Assembly: GCA_944391535.1 (NCBI GenBank)
Contig: CALXTY010000002.1
Coordinates: 1 to 57,359 of the forward strand
DNA from: an uncultured Alphaproteobacteria bacterium
GTDB lineage: Bacteria; Pseudomonadota; Alphaproteobacteria; CAAGCB01; CAG-977
Length of the DNA stretch: 57,359 bases
Direction of reading: 5' to 3'
Position 1 is the stretch's first letter. Each line of letters opens with the position of its first letter. A program made the translations under genes and the position numbers. Below, piece after piece: positions 12,725 to 22,055 of the stretch. The notes under the pieces were generated by a model. That model had not been told where the DNA came from. It ran no database searches and saw nothing but the letters and a program-made list of their open reading frames with translations.

Positions 12725-14459
12725 TGGCGTTTTCCGGATTTAAAACAATGTTCAAAGACTGCAAAGCGATCTGAGCGGCTTCGTCTTTTAATCCCATAGC
12801 GGTTAAAATTCCCAGAGATTTGATCAGACCGACATAACTTCCGTCCAGAGCACTCAGTGCTTTCAAGACGTTGTTGCCTGCGGACTCGTTTTCGTCAATG
12901 GGGGGATTTTTTTGTCTTGCGGCAATGAAAGCGGTTTCAGAGCCTTCCGGAAAAGACGTGAAATGCCATGTTTCATCGCTTTGGATCATTTCCAACGTTT
13001 TAAACATTAACATCAACCGATCGATTTTATTTATGAAAAGGGTGTCGGCTTTTTGATCGCTTTCGGCCAAGGCCATTGTTTTTTCCAAATAGGGAATGAA
13101 AATGTGTTGATCCGGATTTTTCTTAATCAACTCGACAAAGACCCACCCTTTTGCGACTGTTTGAGAATCAGGGAAAATGATTTCGGCTTTTTTAAACCAG
13201 TCCTCAGCTTTTTCTGTCATTCCGGACAAAGCGAACGCTTCAATCAGCGCATCGGATTCGGCCAATGTGTCAAGATCAGGCTTCAATGTTTCCAAAACAT
13301 CTTTCGCCGCATTGGCAAAAGCGTAGGTTAAACGGTCTTTTTTTGCGGATTCCAGAGCTTTTTTTAAAAAAATCTGTTTTTGAACGTTGTCTTCGGACAG
13401 GCTGCTTAAAGCGGCCGCTTTTTGCAACATAAAAGCCCGATACGTCGCAGGAGAAAGCTCGTCTTCATCGACATTTTCTGCAAAGGGAATCTGCTGATAA
13501 TAGGTGCGTAATTTAGAGGAAGGCAATAATCCTTCTTCAACCAGATTTTCTGCGGTGTTTAAACGTTTTTCGACAGGAATGGTTTCATCGGAAACGAACA
13601 TTTTTTTAAACCAGACGGACTGTGTTTCGTCGTTCAACTCGATTAAACCTTTACCCGCTTTTTTCCAAACGGCGGCGGAAAGCGGAGTTATTCTTTTAGG
13701 CGTTTGGGTCAAAGGTTTGCCTTCCAGAAAAAATTCTACGGCATTGACGGTGAAGAGGTCGTCTTCGTATTGCTCTTTGAGCACGTTCATTGCCAGAAAA
13801 GTTTTGTCTTCCTCTTTGTTAAAAGCGGCGCACACGGCCGACAGCTGTTGCCAGAAAACATCGTCGGATCCGACGTTGGTTAAAAAACAGGCGGCTTGCA
13901 TATCTTGGATCAACAACGTGTCGGCATAGATTTTATTTTGTTCGTCCGATCTGATTTTTTCGGGTATTTTTTGCATTAAACGGTAAACATCGTCAAACGC
14001 CGCGCGATCGAACAGCTGATGCAGCTTTAAAGTAATGAAGGATTGTCCCGTCGTTCCTTGAGGCGGTTCCGCGGCCAAAGTCAGTAACTTCAAACGCAGA
14101 CTTTCCGCTTCGGCGACCAGATTTTGAGGGGCTTTGGCGAATTTGTCGGCCGTAACCGGATAAGCGGCGTTTTTCCATAAGTTTTCATTTAAGATGTCGT
14201 CTTTTTTTCCGACAATCAGACCGTACGCATTTGTCTGCATTTTCTTTAAAGGCAGCAATTGAACGGGCGGAACCAAATAAATCATTTCTTGTCCGAAAGC
14301 CTTTCCCGCGATCAGAAAGGACAGAGCGATGAACAAGAATTTATTTTTGAAGCTGATCATAACGAATTTCTTTTTCAACGGTTGTTTTGGGAACTTGAAT
14401 ATCGTAAACAGCAATAAAAATACCAAAGCCGATAACGACAAGTAAAATCGGATAAACAT
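12717..14459 (-). CDS. hypothetical secreted/membrane-anchored protein (alternative start ATG 14360 gives a classic signal peptide)
   Basis: Long ORF with no recognisable catalytic motif, helical and repeat-like. Its 3' end overlaps the xerD start by 8 nt (operon-like). Confidence 0.5.
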   Translation of the reverse strand: MFIRFYLSLSALVFLLLFTIFKFPKQPLKKKFVMISFKNKFLFIALSFLIAGKAFGQEMIYLVPPVQLLPLKKMQTNAYGLIVGKKDDILNENLWKNAAYPVTADKFAKAPQNLVAEAESLRLKLLTLAAEPPQGTTGQSFITLKLHQLFDRAAFDDVYRLMQKIPEKIRSDEQNKIYADTLLIQDMQAACFLTNVGSDDVFWQQLSAVCAAFNKEEDKTFLAMNVLKEQYEDDLFTVNAVEFFLEGKPLTQTPKRITPLSAAVWKKAGKGLIELNDETQSVWFKKMFVSDETIPVEKRLNTAENLVEEGLLPSSKLRTYYQQIPFAENVDEDELSPATYRAFMLQKAAALSSLSEDNVQKQIFLKKALESAKKDRLTYAFANAAKDVLETLKPDLDTLAESDALIEAFALSGMTEKAEDWFKKAEIIFPDSQTVAKGWVFVELIKKNPDQHIFIPYLEKTMALAESDQKADTLFINKIDRLMLMFKTLEMIQSDETWHFTSFPEGSETAFIAARQKNPPIDENESAGNNVLKALSALDGSYVGLIKSLGILTAMGLKDEAAQIALQSLNIVLNPENANE

Positions 14460-14584
14460 ACCAACGCGAATTACGGCGCATTTCGGATCCTTTCGTTTAA
14501 AACAGTAAAAACTTCTTTTCTTATGGCATAATCAAGTTAAAATAACGTTAGAATTTTCACTAAGGTAACGCACGGGATAACATA

Positions 14585-15160
14585 ATGCCGCAAAAAAAAG
14601 AAACAATGCTTCATTTTTCATATCCGTTGGATCGGACTTTGTTTTTAGTCGGTATGATGGGCAGCGGAAAAAGCAGCATCGGTCGCAGGTTGGCGCGCAT
14701 TTATTCGATGCCTTTTGTTGACGCGGATCTTGAAATCGAGAAAGCGGGCGGTGCGGATATACGTTATTTGTTTGAACGTTATGGAGAACAGGACTTCAGA
14801 AGGGTCGAAGAACGCATTATGGATCGATTGCTGAACGGGAAAAAATGTATTTTGGCTTCCGGTGGCGGCGCTTTTATGTCGGATCAAACCCGAAAAACGG
14901 TGGCTCGAAAGGCCGTCAGCGTTTTTTTGGATGCCGATATAGATACTCTTGTGCGCAACACGGCGGGACGCACGCATCGCCCGTTGTTGAACGTGGACAA
15001 TCCGATCGAAGTGATACGCGAACTTTTAGATCGTCGCCGTCCTTTTTATGAAAAGGCCGATATCCATGTCAGTTATAAAGAAGAAACGATGGGGCAATTA
15101 TTAAGAATTATAGTAAAGAAAATAAATCAGTTTAAATCGGGAGGGCACAATGAATTTTGA
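14585..15160 (+). CDS. aroK: shikimate kinase
   Basis: Walker A GMMGSGKSSIGRRLA. It precedes aroB with an overlap. Confidence 0.85.
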   Translation: MPQKKETMLHFSYPLDRTLFLVGMMGSGKSSIGRRLARIYSMPFVDADLEIEKAGGADIRYLFERYGEQDFRRVEERIMDRLLNGKKCILASGGGAFMSDQTRKTVARKAVSVFLDADIDTLVRNTAGRTHRPLLNVDNPIEVIRELLDRRRPFYEKADIHVSYKEETMGQLLRIIVKKINQFKSGGHNEF

Positions 15161-16283
15161 CGAGTTGTTGCAGGTAAAGGTGGAGCTGAAGGAAAAAAGT
15201 TATCCTATTTTTATCGGTTCTGATTTTTTAATGCGGATCGGAGAATTGATCGAACCGTATGTGCGATCCCGAAAACTGTTTATTATCACGGATGATTTGG
15301 TGTCGATGCTGTATTTGCCGATGGTGGAAGAAAGCTTAAGGAAAGCTCAATACGATGTTTATTCGTTAACCGTTCCTCAGGGAGAAAGCAGCAAAAGTTT
15401 GGAACAAGCCGACGAGTTGTTGGAAAATATTTTAAAAATCGGTTGCGACAGACAATGTGCGATCATTTCATTAGGTGGTGGCGTTGTGGGGGATTTGGCC
15501 GGTTTTTGTGCTTCTGTATTATTGCGGGGTGTGGATTTTATTCAAATACCGACAACACTTTTATCACAAACGGACAGTTCTGTTGGGGGAAAGACGGCGG
15601 TCAATACGACGATCGGAAAGAATCTGATAGGAACATTTCATCAACCGAAAGCGGTGTTTATAGATGTTCATACGTTGAAGACGCTTGATTCTCAACAGGT
15701 TTTAGCCGGATTTGCCGAGGTTGCCAAATACGGTTTGGCATTGAATGCGGATTTTTGGAATTGGTTGGTGGATAACGGTGAACAGGTGATCGGTTTGGAA
15801 GAAACGGCGTGTATCTCTGCCGTAGAACAGTGTTGTGTCATCAAATCGGCTGTCGTGGCGGGAGATGAATTAGAGCAGACAGGCTTGCGTTCTTTGTTGA
15901 ATTACGGTCATACGATCGGTCATGCGATTGAAGCGGGAGCCGGAATGCGCGGAACCATTTTGCACGGAGAAGCGGTTGCGATCGGGTCTGTTTTGGCGAC
16001 ATGGTTGTCGGCGGAATTGAACTTATGCGATCAGGAAATTCCGGTTCAAATTACGGAACAATATAAAAAATGGGGTCTTCCGGTACAGTATGAATATTTA
16101 AAGACGCCGGATTTGTTGTCTTCTATGAAAAAAGATAAAAAGGTGAAGGGCGGTCATTTAAATTTTGTTTTATTGGAAAAGATCGGACACAGTGTTTTGG
16201 TCGAAGATATAGATCCGGCCGATGTTGAAAAAGTTTTGGATGAAAAAGGGCGAAAAAAACATGAATTTTCCTATTACGGATAA
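15150..16283 (+). CDS. aroB: 3-dehydroquinate synthase
   Basis: 377 aa with conserved GGGVVGDLAGF, VGGKTAVN and NYGHTIGHAIE blocks. Confidence 0.9.
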   Translation: MNFDELLQVKVELKEKSYPIFIGSDFLMRIGELIEPYVRSRKLFIITDDLVSMLYLPMVEESLRKAQYDVYSLTVPQGESSKSLEQADELLENILKIGCDRQCAIISLGGGVVGDLAGFCASVLLRGVDFIQIPTTLLSQTDSSVGGKTAVNTTIGKNLIGTFHQPKAVFIDVHTLKTLDSQQVLAGFAEVAKYGLALNADFWNWLVDNGEQVIGLEETACISAVEQCCVIKSAVVAGDELEQTGLRSLLNYGHTIGHAIEAGAGMRGTILHGEAVAIGSVLATWLSAELNLCDQEIPVQITEQYKKWGLPVQYEYLKTPDLLSSMKKDKKVKGGHLNFVLLEKIGHSVLVEDIDPADVEKVLDEKGRKKHEFSYYG

Positions 16284-16821
16284 AGACAGAGAAGAAATTT
16301 ATTTTCGTCATATTGATTATGTCGGTTATCGGCGATCGGATTCTTTATGGGATATAGAAGGACATTTTCAGGATCGTCGAACGGTTGATTGCAATTGTAT
16401 CGACCGTGGCGGCGTTATTCGGGCGGGGGAAACGTTTCATGAAATGTTTTTAACGTTGACGATTGACGACGATATGAACATCTGCGCCATTGATGTTAAA
16501 ATAGATAAATATCCGTATAGGAAATGTCCTTGTGCCGAAGCCGTATTTAAGAATGTGGAAGGTTTGAAAATCGCCCCCGGTTTTTCGAAAGAGTTACGCC
16601 GCCGCATTCCGGCCAAATTGGGCTGTACGCATTTGTTTTCTTTGTTGATCGGTGCGGCCGGTGCCGCTTTTCAAACGGTGGCTCAAGTGCGTATGATGAA
16701 ATACTGTCGCGGCGTGACGCCGGATCCGTTGGATACGTGTCTGGCTTGGGACAGTTCGGGGGAAATGGTCAAAAGGGAATGGCCCGATTTCTATAAGCCC
16801 AAAGAAACGGAGTCCGAATAA
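16261..16821 (+). CDS. DUF2889-like protein
   Basis: Pattern FHEMFLTLTIDDDMNICAIDVKIDKYPY..C....KLGCTHL resembles the DUF2889 family. Start taken at ATG 16261. Confidence 0.5.
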   Translation: MNFPITDKDREEIYFRHIDYVGYRRSDSLWDIEGHFQDRRTVDCNCIDRGGVIRAGETFHEMFLTLTIDDDMNICAIDVKIDKYPYRKCPCAEAVFKNVEGLKIAPGFSKELRRRIPAKLGCTHLFSLLIGAAGAAFQTVAQVRMMKYCRGVTPDPLDTCLAWDSSGEMVKREWPDFYKPKETESE

Positions 16822-16826
16822 CTTCG

Positions 16827-17414
16827 ATGGGACGTCGATCGAAAACAAATTTTTCCTTTAATGACCTGATCGGTCAAGCGCCGGTCGTGCCGGAACACGT
16901 CTGCGATAAAGAAGGGTGTGGCAAACCCGCCGAGTATCGCGCGCCCAAAGACCGGACGTTGACGGATTATTATTGGTTTTGTTTGGAACATGTCCAAGAA
17001 TACAATGCGCGATGGGATTATTACGAAGGAATGAGCCCTCTGGAAATCGAGGAGCATTTGAAACAAGATGTCTGTTGGCAACGTCCGACCTGGAAATTGG
17101 GGGAAAGAGGCGTTGATCCGTCAATGTTTTCGGATCCTTTGGGGATTAAGAAGGAAGCCTTTGGAAAAGACGAAGATCCGTTTGTTCCCAAAAACAATCA
17201 AACGACGTTTCAAGATCCGGCGATCGCCGCTGCGGCAAGGATTTTGGAATTGGCTTTTCCGTTGGAAATAAAGAATGTCAGACTGAATTATAAACGTTTG
17301 GCCAAACGGTATCATCCCGATTCCAACGGCGGAGACAAAGCATTGGAAGAAAAATTCAAAGATATTACGGAAGCCTATCGCTTGATCATCAGTGTTTTAA
17401 CGGTCAAGAAATAA
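16827..17414 (+). CDS. J-domain (DnaJ-like) protein with N-terminal Cys-rich segment
   Basis: C-terminal J-domain signature YKRLAKRYHPDSNGGD...FKDITEAYRLI. Confidence 0.7.
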   Translation: MGRRSKTNFSFNDLIGQAPVVPEHVCDKEGCGKPAEYRAPKDRTLTDYYWFCLEHVQEYNARWDYYEGMSPLEIEEHLKQDVCWQRPTWKLGERGVDPSMFSDPLGIKKEAFGKDEDPFVPKNNQTTFQDPAIAAAARILELAFPLEIKNVRLNYKRLAKRYHPDSNGGDKALEEKFKDITEAYRLIISVLTVKK

Positions 17415-17423
17415 CAAAAAAAA

Positions 17424-17448
17424 CCGTCCTTTTCAGGACGGCTTTTTT
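17424..17448. terminator. bidirectional intrinsic terminator between the convergent J-domain gene and rpmB
   Basis: Hairpin CCGTCCT-TTTC-AGGACGG flanked by an A-run and a T-run. Confidence 0.8.
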
Positions 17449-17465
17449 CTTAAACGACAGAACGA

Positions 17466-17765
17466 TTAAGCTTTGGCGGCCATTTTTTCTGCGGCGCCTT
17501 TGATGCGTTTTTTCAAACGCTTTGCTTCGCAGGATAATTTGCCGTTCGGGGTGGACAACAAGAAAGCGTCCAAACCGCCGTTGTGTTCAATCGTCCGCAA
17601 ACCACGGGAAGAAATGCGCAGATTGACGGTTGTTCCCAATGTTTCGCTGAGCAAAGAAACAGCCTGCAGATTCGGTAAATACCGACGACGGGTTTTGTTG
17701 TTTGCGTGAGAAACATTGTTGCCTGTCTGAACGCCTTTTCCTGTAATAATACAACGTTTTGCCAT
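17466..17765 (-). CDS. rpmB: 50S ribosomal protein L28
   Basis: [34 protein letters not shown] is a canonical L28 N-terminus. Confidence 0.9.
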   Translation of the reverse strand: MAKRCIITGKGVQTGNNVSHANNKTRRRYLPNLQAVSLLSETLGTTVNLRISSRGLRTIEHNGGLDAFLLSTPNGKLSCEAKRLKKRIKGAAEKMAAKA

Positions 17766-17911
17766 GACACAAATTCCTTTAAACGAAAAAACAGAAACTT
17801 TTTTTTAGCTTTAAAGCTCTTTTTCGTCAAGATAAATCTAAAGAAAGTTTGATAAAGAGCGGACAATCAGTTTAAAATAAGCCCAAATGAAGATCAAACA
17901 GGGAGAAAAAG

Positions 17912-19066
17912 ATGCTGAATTTTGAATATTATTGCCCGACTCGTATTGTTTTCGGCAAAGGATCGATCGCCCGTTTACCGGAATTGATTGATAAATCTCA
18001 AAAGGTTTTGATAGTTTACGGAGGCGGATCCATTAAAAAGAACGGCGTGTACGATCAGGTCAAGCAAGCCTTGTCAGGTTATGAATTATTGGAATTTGGA
18101 GGGATTGAGCCGAATCCGAAATATGAAACCTGTATGAAAGCGGTGGATTTGATTAAAAAAGAAAAAGTCGATTTTTTGTTGGCGGTCGGCGGCGGATCGA
18201 CTTTGGACGGGACGAAATTTATTGCCGCCGCGGCGAAATACGAAGGGTTCGATCCTTATGATATTTTAACAAAAGGCGCCGAAGTAAAAGACGCGATGCC
18301 GTTGGGAGACGTGATAACGTTGCCGGCGACTGGATCGGAAATGAATTACAATGCCGTTATTTCACGTTTGTCTACGAATGAAAAACTTGCATTTGCCAGT
18401 GAAAAAGTTTACCCGCGTTTTTCAATTATTGATCCGAGCGTGACGATGTCTTTGCCCGAAAGACAGACGGTCAACGGGATTGTGGACACATTTGTTCATA
18501 CAATGGAATTATACTGTACATATGATGTGGATACGCCATTGCAGGATGAATGGGCTTTGGGATTGTTAAAGACTTTAATTTTGGAAGCGCCGAAAGTGTT
18601 GGAAAATCCCGAAGATTATAACTTGCGAGCCAATATCTTTTGGTGCGCGACGTGCGGGTTGAACTATTGGATTTCTCTGGGGGCGGTTCAGGACTGGGCG
18701 ACACACGGCATAGGACACGAACTGACGGCTTTTTACGGCATTGATCACGGACAAAGTTTGGCGGTTGTTTTGCCAAGGTTGTTAAAAAACCAAAAAGCGG
18801 TGAAACAAGAAAAGTTGGCTAAACTGGGACGGGAAGTTTTTCATATTAAAGATAAAAACGATTCCGAAGCGGCGGATCTCGCGATCGAAGCGATTGAAAG
18901 GTTCTTTAATTCGATCGGAATGAAAACGAGATTGTCAGATTACGGTATTAATCCGCAGGAAGCAGCCGAAAAAATCAAAGCCCGCTTTGCCGAACGCGAT
19001 ACGAAATTGGGGGAACGCGCCGCGATAGATGCGCAGGTGTCTTACGATATCGTCAAAGCGTGTTGA
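17912..19066 (+). CDS. iron-containing (group III) alcohol dehydrogenase, YqhD/butanol-DH-like
   Basis: 384 aa with the GGGS motif (AVGGGSTLDGTKF) and conserved His cluster (HGIGHELTA). Confidence 0.85.
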   Translation: MLNFEYYCPTRIVFGKGSIARLPELIDKSQKVLIVYGGGSIKKNGVYDQVKQALSGYELLEFGGIEPNPKYETCMKAVDLIKKEKVDFLLAVGGGSTLDGTKFIAAAAKYEGFDPYDILTKGAEVKDAMPLGDVITLPATGSEMNYNAVISRLSTNEKLAFASEKVYPRFSIIDPSVTMSLPERQTVNGIVDTFVHTMELYCTYDVDTPLQDEWALGLLKTLILEAPKVLENPEDYNLRANIFWCATCGLNYWISLGAVQDWATHGIGHELTAFYGIDHGQSLAVVLPRLLKNQKAVKQEKLAKLGREVFHIKDKNDSEAADLAIEAIERFFNSIGMKTRLSDYGINPQEAAEKIKARFAERDTKLGERAAIDAQVSYDIVKAC

Positions 19067-19085
19067 TCGCAAACCGGCTTTAAAA

Positions 19086-19117
19086 GCGGCAAAGAAGTTT
19101 CTTTGCCGCTTTTTTTT
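19086..19117 (+). terminator. intrinsic terminator after the alcohol dehydrogenase gene
   Basis: GCGGCAAAGAAGTTTCTTTGCCGC hairpin followed by T8. Confidence 0.8.
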
Positions 19118-19178
19118 ATAAAAAAAATGAACCTTTTTCAAAACGCTTTCGTTTATCCTAATGTGAAAGGGAAATGCG

Positions 19179-19433
19179 ATGTACGATGAAGTTTCAAAAT
19201 TAATCAAAGAAGCAAAACCTCTTTACTTTAAGAGGAAACGTTTCCGTCAACGTATGAAAGTAATGACCTCATTAAGCGTATTCGGAGTGATGTTGTATGC
19301 TTTTAATACGATGCCGCAACAATCTTATCCGACAGCGGATCGTTTCGATCCTTTTATGCTGGTGGAAGATGTTTCCATTATTGAAACCATGGGATTGCCG
19401 ACAGACGAATACGGATTGTTGAAAGTTGTTTAA
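19179..19433 (+). CDS. small single-TM hypothetical protein, first gene of the ECF sigma operon
   Basis: 84-aa ORF with one hydrophobic helix. Its stop TAA is directly followed by the sigma factor ATG. Confidence 0.4.
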   Translation: MYDEVSKLIKEAKPLYFKRKRFRQRMKVMTSLSVFGVMLYAFNTMPQQSYPTADRFDPFMLVEDVSIIETMGLPTDEYGLLKVV

Positions 19434-19931
19434 ATGAAAGAAATCATTTTTCAAAATCGATCCCGCATACGTTCAATTATCCGGAAGATGACCGGTTCCG
19501 ATAATGAAGATCTGGAACAGGAAGTCTATATCAAGGTGTGGCAAAATAAGGAGGACTATCAGGAAAAGGGCAAGTTTTCTCAATGGGTGAATACGATTAC
19601 GATCAATCTGTGTCGAGATTTTTTTAGATCGAGGACGTATCGCCAAAGACAGTTCGAAGTTCAAAATGAAGATCACGCTTTGCCGGACACAACGAAAAGT
19701 GCGGAAGATATTTATGATGAGCGAAAGCGACAAAAAATGATTTTAAAAGCGGTGGACGAATTACCGTCAAAGCTGCGTCAGATCATCATTTTGTTTGAAT
19801 TTGAGGAATTAAGTTACGAGCAGATTTCCAAAAAAACAGGTTTACCGATCGGAACGATCAAATCTCGTCTTTTTTATGCTCGGAAAATGTTAAGCGAAAA
19901 ACTAAAATCTTTGAAAGGAGATATCAAATGA
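19434..19931 (+). CDS. ECF-type sigma-70 family RNA polymerase sigma factor
   Basis: 165 aa with region 2 (DLEQEVYIKVWQ) and region 4 HTH (LSYEQISKKTGLPIGTIKSRLFYARKML). Confidence 0.85.
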   Translation: MKEIIFQNRSRIRSIIRKMTGSDNEDLEQEVYIKVWQNKEDYQEKGKFSQWVNTITINLCRDFFRSRTYRQRQFEVQNEDHALPDTTKSAEDIYDERKRQKMILKAVDELPSKLRQIIILFEFEELSYEQISKKTGLPIGTIKSRLFYARKMLSEKLKSLKGDIK

Positions 19932-20314
19932 AAATCACACCATTGGCATTAGCTTTTTTAATGGCGTTCAGTTCTTCGGTTTATGCGCAGGAACCGGCGA
20001 AACCGTTGGACAAACCGATGCCACGCAAAGAAATGCGTCATGAAAGACCGAAACCTTTTGAAAATTTGGCGAAAGAATTGGCTTTAACCGAAGAACAAAA
20101 GGCGGAATATCAAAAGATCAATGAGGAGAGTCGAGAAAAGATCAAACCGTTGATGGAACAGATTCAGAAGATTCGTAAAGAAAACATGGAAGCTTTTGAG
20201 AAGATATTAACACCGGAACAAAAGGAACAGTTTATAAAGATGAAAGCGGAAAAGAAAGCTAAACACTTTGAAAAAAGAGGAAGAGGTAAAGGTAAAAAAC
20301 ATCATAAACCTTAA
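19928..20314 (+). CDS. periplasmic Spy/CpxP-like protein with LTXXQ motifs
   Basis: Signal peptide and two LTXXQ-type motifs (LTEEQKAEY, LTPEQKEQF). Overlaps the sigma gene by 4 nt. Confidence 0.6.
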   Translation: MKITPLALAFLMAFSSSVYAQEPAKPLDKPMPRKEMRHERPKPFENLAKELALTEEQKAEYQKINEESREKIKPLMEQIQKIRKENMEAFEKILTPEQKEQFIKMKAEKKAKHFEKRGRGKGKKHHKP

Positions 20315-20335
20315 GAAAACGAAAAAATGAAAAAA

Positions 20336-20360
20336 GCTCTCTTTAAAAGAGAGCTTTTTT
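20336..20360 (+). terminator. intrinsic terminator of the ECF sigma operon
   Basis: GCTCTCT-TTAAA-AGAGAGC hairpin plus T6. Confidence 0.8.
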
Positions 20361-20433
20361 ATAGCTTAAACCGTCAGTGATCGGGTATGCTTAATAAATA
20401 AGAAGGATTGTCCAAAGATCAGAAAGAAACAAG

Positions 20434-20643
20434 ATGTTATATGTATTTTATTTGATTTTATTTGTTGTTTTAGGCGCGTTGGCTTACGGCATAGTGTTGT
20501 TTTTCTTAAAATGCCTGTCTTGCGCGCGCGATCCTTGCGAACGTTCTGCGCAAGAACGTGAAATAGAAGAAGAATATATGATGCATGACTTTATGGCGGA
20601 CGGTTCTCTCGACGGCAGACTGGATCCGCATGATCGGGATTAA
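20434..20643 (+). CDS. small hypothetical membrane protein
   Basis: 69-aa ORF with one N-terminal TM helix and no recognisable family. Confidence 0.3.
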   Translation: MLYVFYLILFVVLGALAYGIVLFFLKCLSCARDPCERSAQEREIEEEYMMHDFMADGSLDGRLDPHDRD

Positions 20644-20770
20644 GAAAGGGAGGTCGGAGCAATACTTTAAATGCCGTTGAATTTGTCGTCGTGGATTCAT
20701 TTTTTTTTCAATGTCTGATTTTCTGCTGTCTTTTTTATAATTGCTTTGATATGCTGAACGGGCATTCGTA

Positions 20771-20967
20771 AACAAAACGGGTGCAGGGCGTCAGAAACCC
20801 TTTTAAACCTAGTCGCAGAAGCATATAGCGACTTTAAATATTTATGCCGATTTCTGTCTTATATGGGCGGATGTCGGCTGAATACGGCTATCTGCCCAAT
20901 AGGTCGAGCCGTTTTAGGTTTATACGGTTTCTGAACATCCGCCCACCTGATCGGTGGGTTTTTGTTT
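20771..20967 (+). ncRNA. copy 1 of a repeated structured RNA-like leader (candidate cis-regulatory element or sRNA) ending in a terminator-like hairpin
   Basis: Shares conserved blocks and helices with 33961-34165(-) and 56921-57119(+). Hairpin CCCACC-TGATC-GGTGGG plus TTTTTGTTT lies 27 nt before ATG 20994. Confidence 0.55.
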
Positions 20968-20993
20968 AATGTTTAACAAAGGAATGTTCAGGA

Positions 20994-21648
20994 ATGAAAA
21001 AAATAATTATTTCTTTTTTAGCGGGATTTTTCCTGTTTTGCGGCGTTGCGCGGGCGCAAACGGCTTCGGTGCAGGTTGTCGGCGATAAAACGGAAACCAA
21101 GTATCTTCAAGGTGTCTTGGGGATTGATGTTTCGGGGATCGGCGTGGATATCACGGACGGTCTGGATAACTTTGTCGAAGACGCTTATTCCGCGATAACT
21201 TTGTCCGCCGGTGTGAAAGTCAACAATCAAATCTCTCTTACGGGATTTTATCAGTTTTCCTCGGAAGAAGACAAAACAACATACGCTTATTTGGGATATG
21301 ATAATTACTTGTACGAAAAAAACAACAGGCAGTTTTAAAGCGTACGGCGTTGATGCCTCTGTTTATCTTCCGGTGTCTGAAAAAGTTGATTTTGTTGCTT
21401 CCGCAGGCGTGGGGTATTATGACGTTTCTGTTGATTTTAAAGATAGCTTCTCAGATGGCAGCTATGCTTGGGGAACCTATGAAGAAGATCATATCGGTTT
21501 GCGTTTCGGAATCGGAGCGGAAGTCAAACTGGCCGAGCATATCGCTTTGACGGGCAATGTGCGCTATGTCTTTTTGGATTATGACGATGATACCGATTAT
21601 ATCGAAAATCTGGCGGAATTCGGTCTGGGCGTCAGGTTTTATTTCTGA
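20994..21648 (+). pseudogene. small outer-membrane beta-barrel protein gene interrupted by a frameshift in an A7 tract (or phase-variable, or a sequencing error)
   Basis: ORFs 20994-21338 (signal peptide) and 21298-21648 (ends ...GLGVRFYF) overlap at A7 21316-21322. One extra A would give a continuous ~218-aa OMP-like protein. Confidence 0.6.
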
Positions 21649-21659
21649 GGGAGCGAACA

Positions 21660-22055
21660 ATGAAAAAAATGATTTTTATCTTGCTCGCTTTGGCGGGACT
21701 GTCCGGTTGCGCAACTATTGTCAAAGGATCTTCTCAGACAATGAATATTTCGACATCAAACGGAAAACAGGCAAATGTTGTCGTTACGGGAAAAAGCGGA
21801 ACGATACCGACTTTGATTCCTCAGGCTCTTTCGGTTGAAAAGTCTGCGGGGGATATCGTCATCAATGTGACGGAAGCCGAATGTGTTCTGCCTTCGACAA
21901 CGATTGTCAAGTCGCGTCTTAATCCGTGGTTCTGGGGGAACTTCATTTTTGGCGGTCTGTTGGGGTCTACCACGGATGTTGCTACCGGATCGGCTTGGGA
22001 ATATGACAGCAATATCATGGTCAATGTTGTGCCAAAAGATGGCTGTAAACAATAA
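21660..22055 (+). CDS. lipoprotein, function unknown
   Basis: Signal peptide with lipobox LSGC (MKKMIFILLALAGLSGCAT). Confidence 0.6.
   Translation: MKKMIFILLALAGLSGCATIVKGSSQTMNISTSNGKQANVVVTGKSGTIPTLIPQALSVEKSAGDIVINVTEAECVLPSTTIVKSRLNPWFWGNFIFGGLLGSTTDVATGSAWEYDSNIMVNVVPKDGCKQ

Noticed and set aside
14521-14549. dif-like sequence TTATGGCATAATCAAGTTAAAATAACGTT near xerD.
   Set aside because: Only the XerC-arm-like GCATAA matches the dif consensus (GGTGCGCATAA-TGTATA-TTATGTTAAAT). The XerD arm and the inner TTATG dyad are absent.
20771-20967. Interpretation of the three-copy element as a MITE or other mobile repeat, because it has an inverted repeat (TCAGAAACC...GGTTTCTGA).
   Set aside because: I did not adopt this as the primary call. 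The inverted repeat is internal, not terminal. It changes in a compensatory way between copies. All copies share orientation and distance to a start codon, and I saw no target-site duplication. It remains the main alternative to test.
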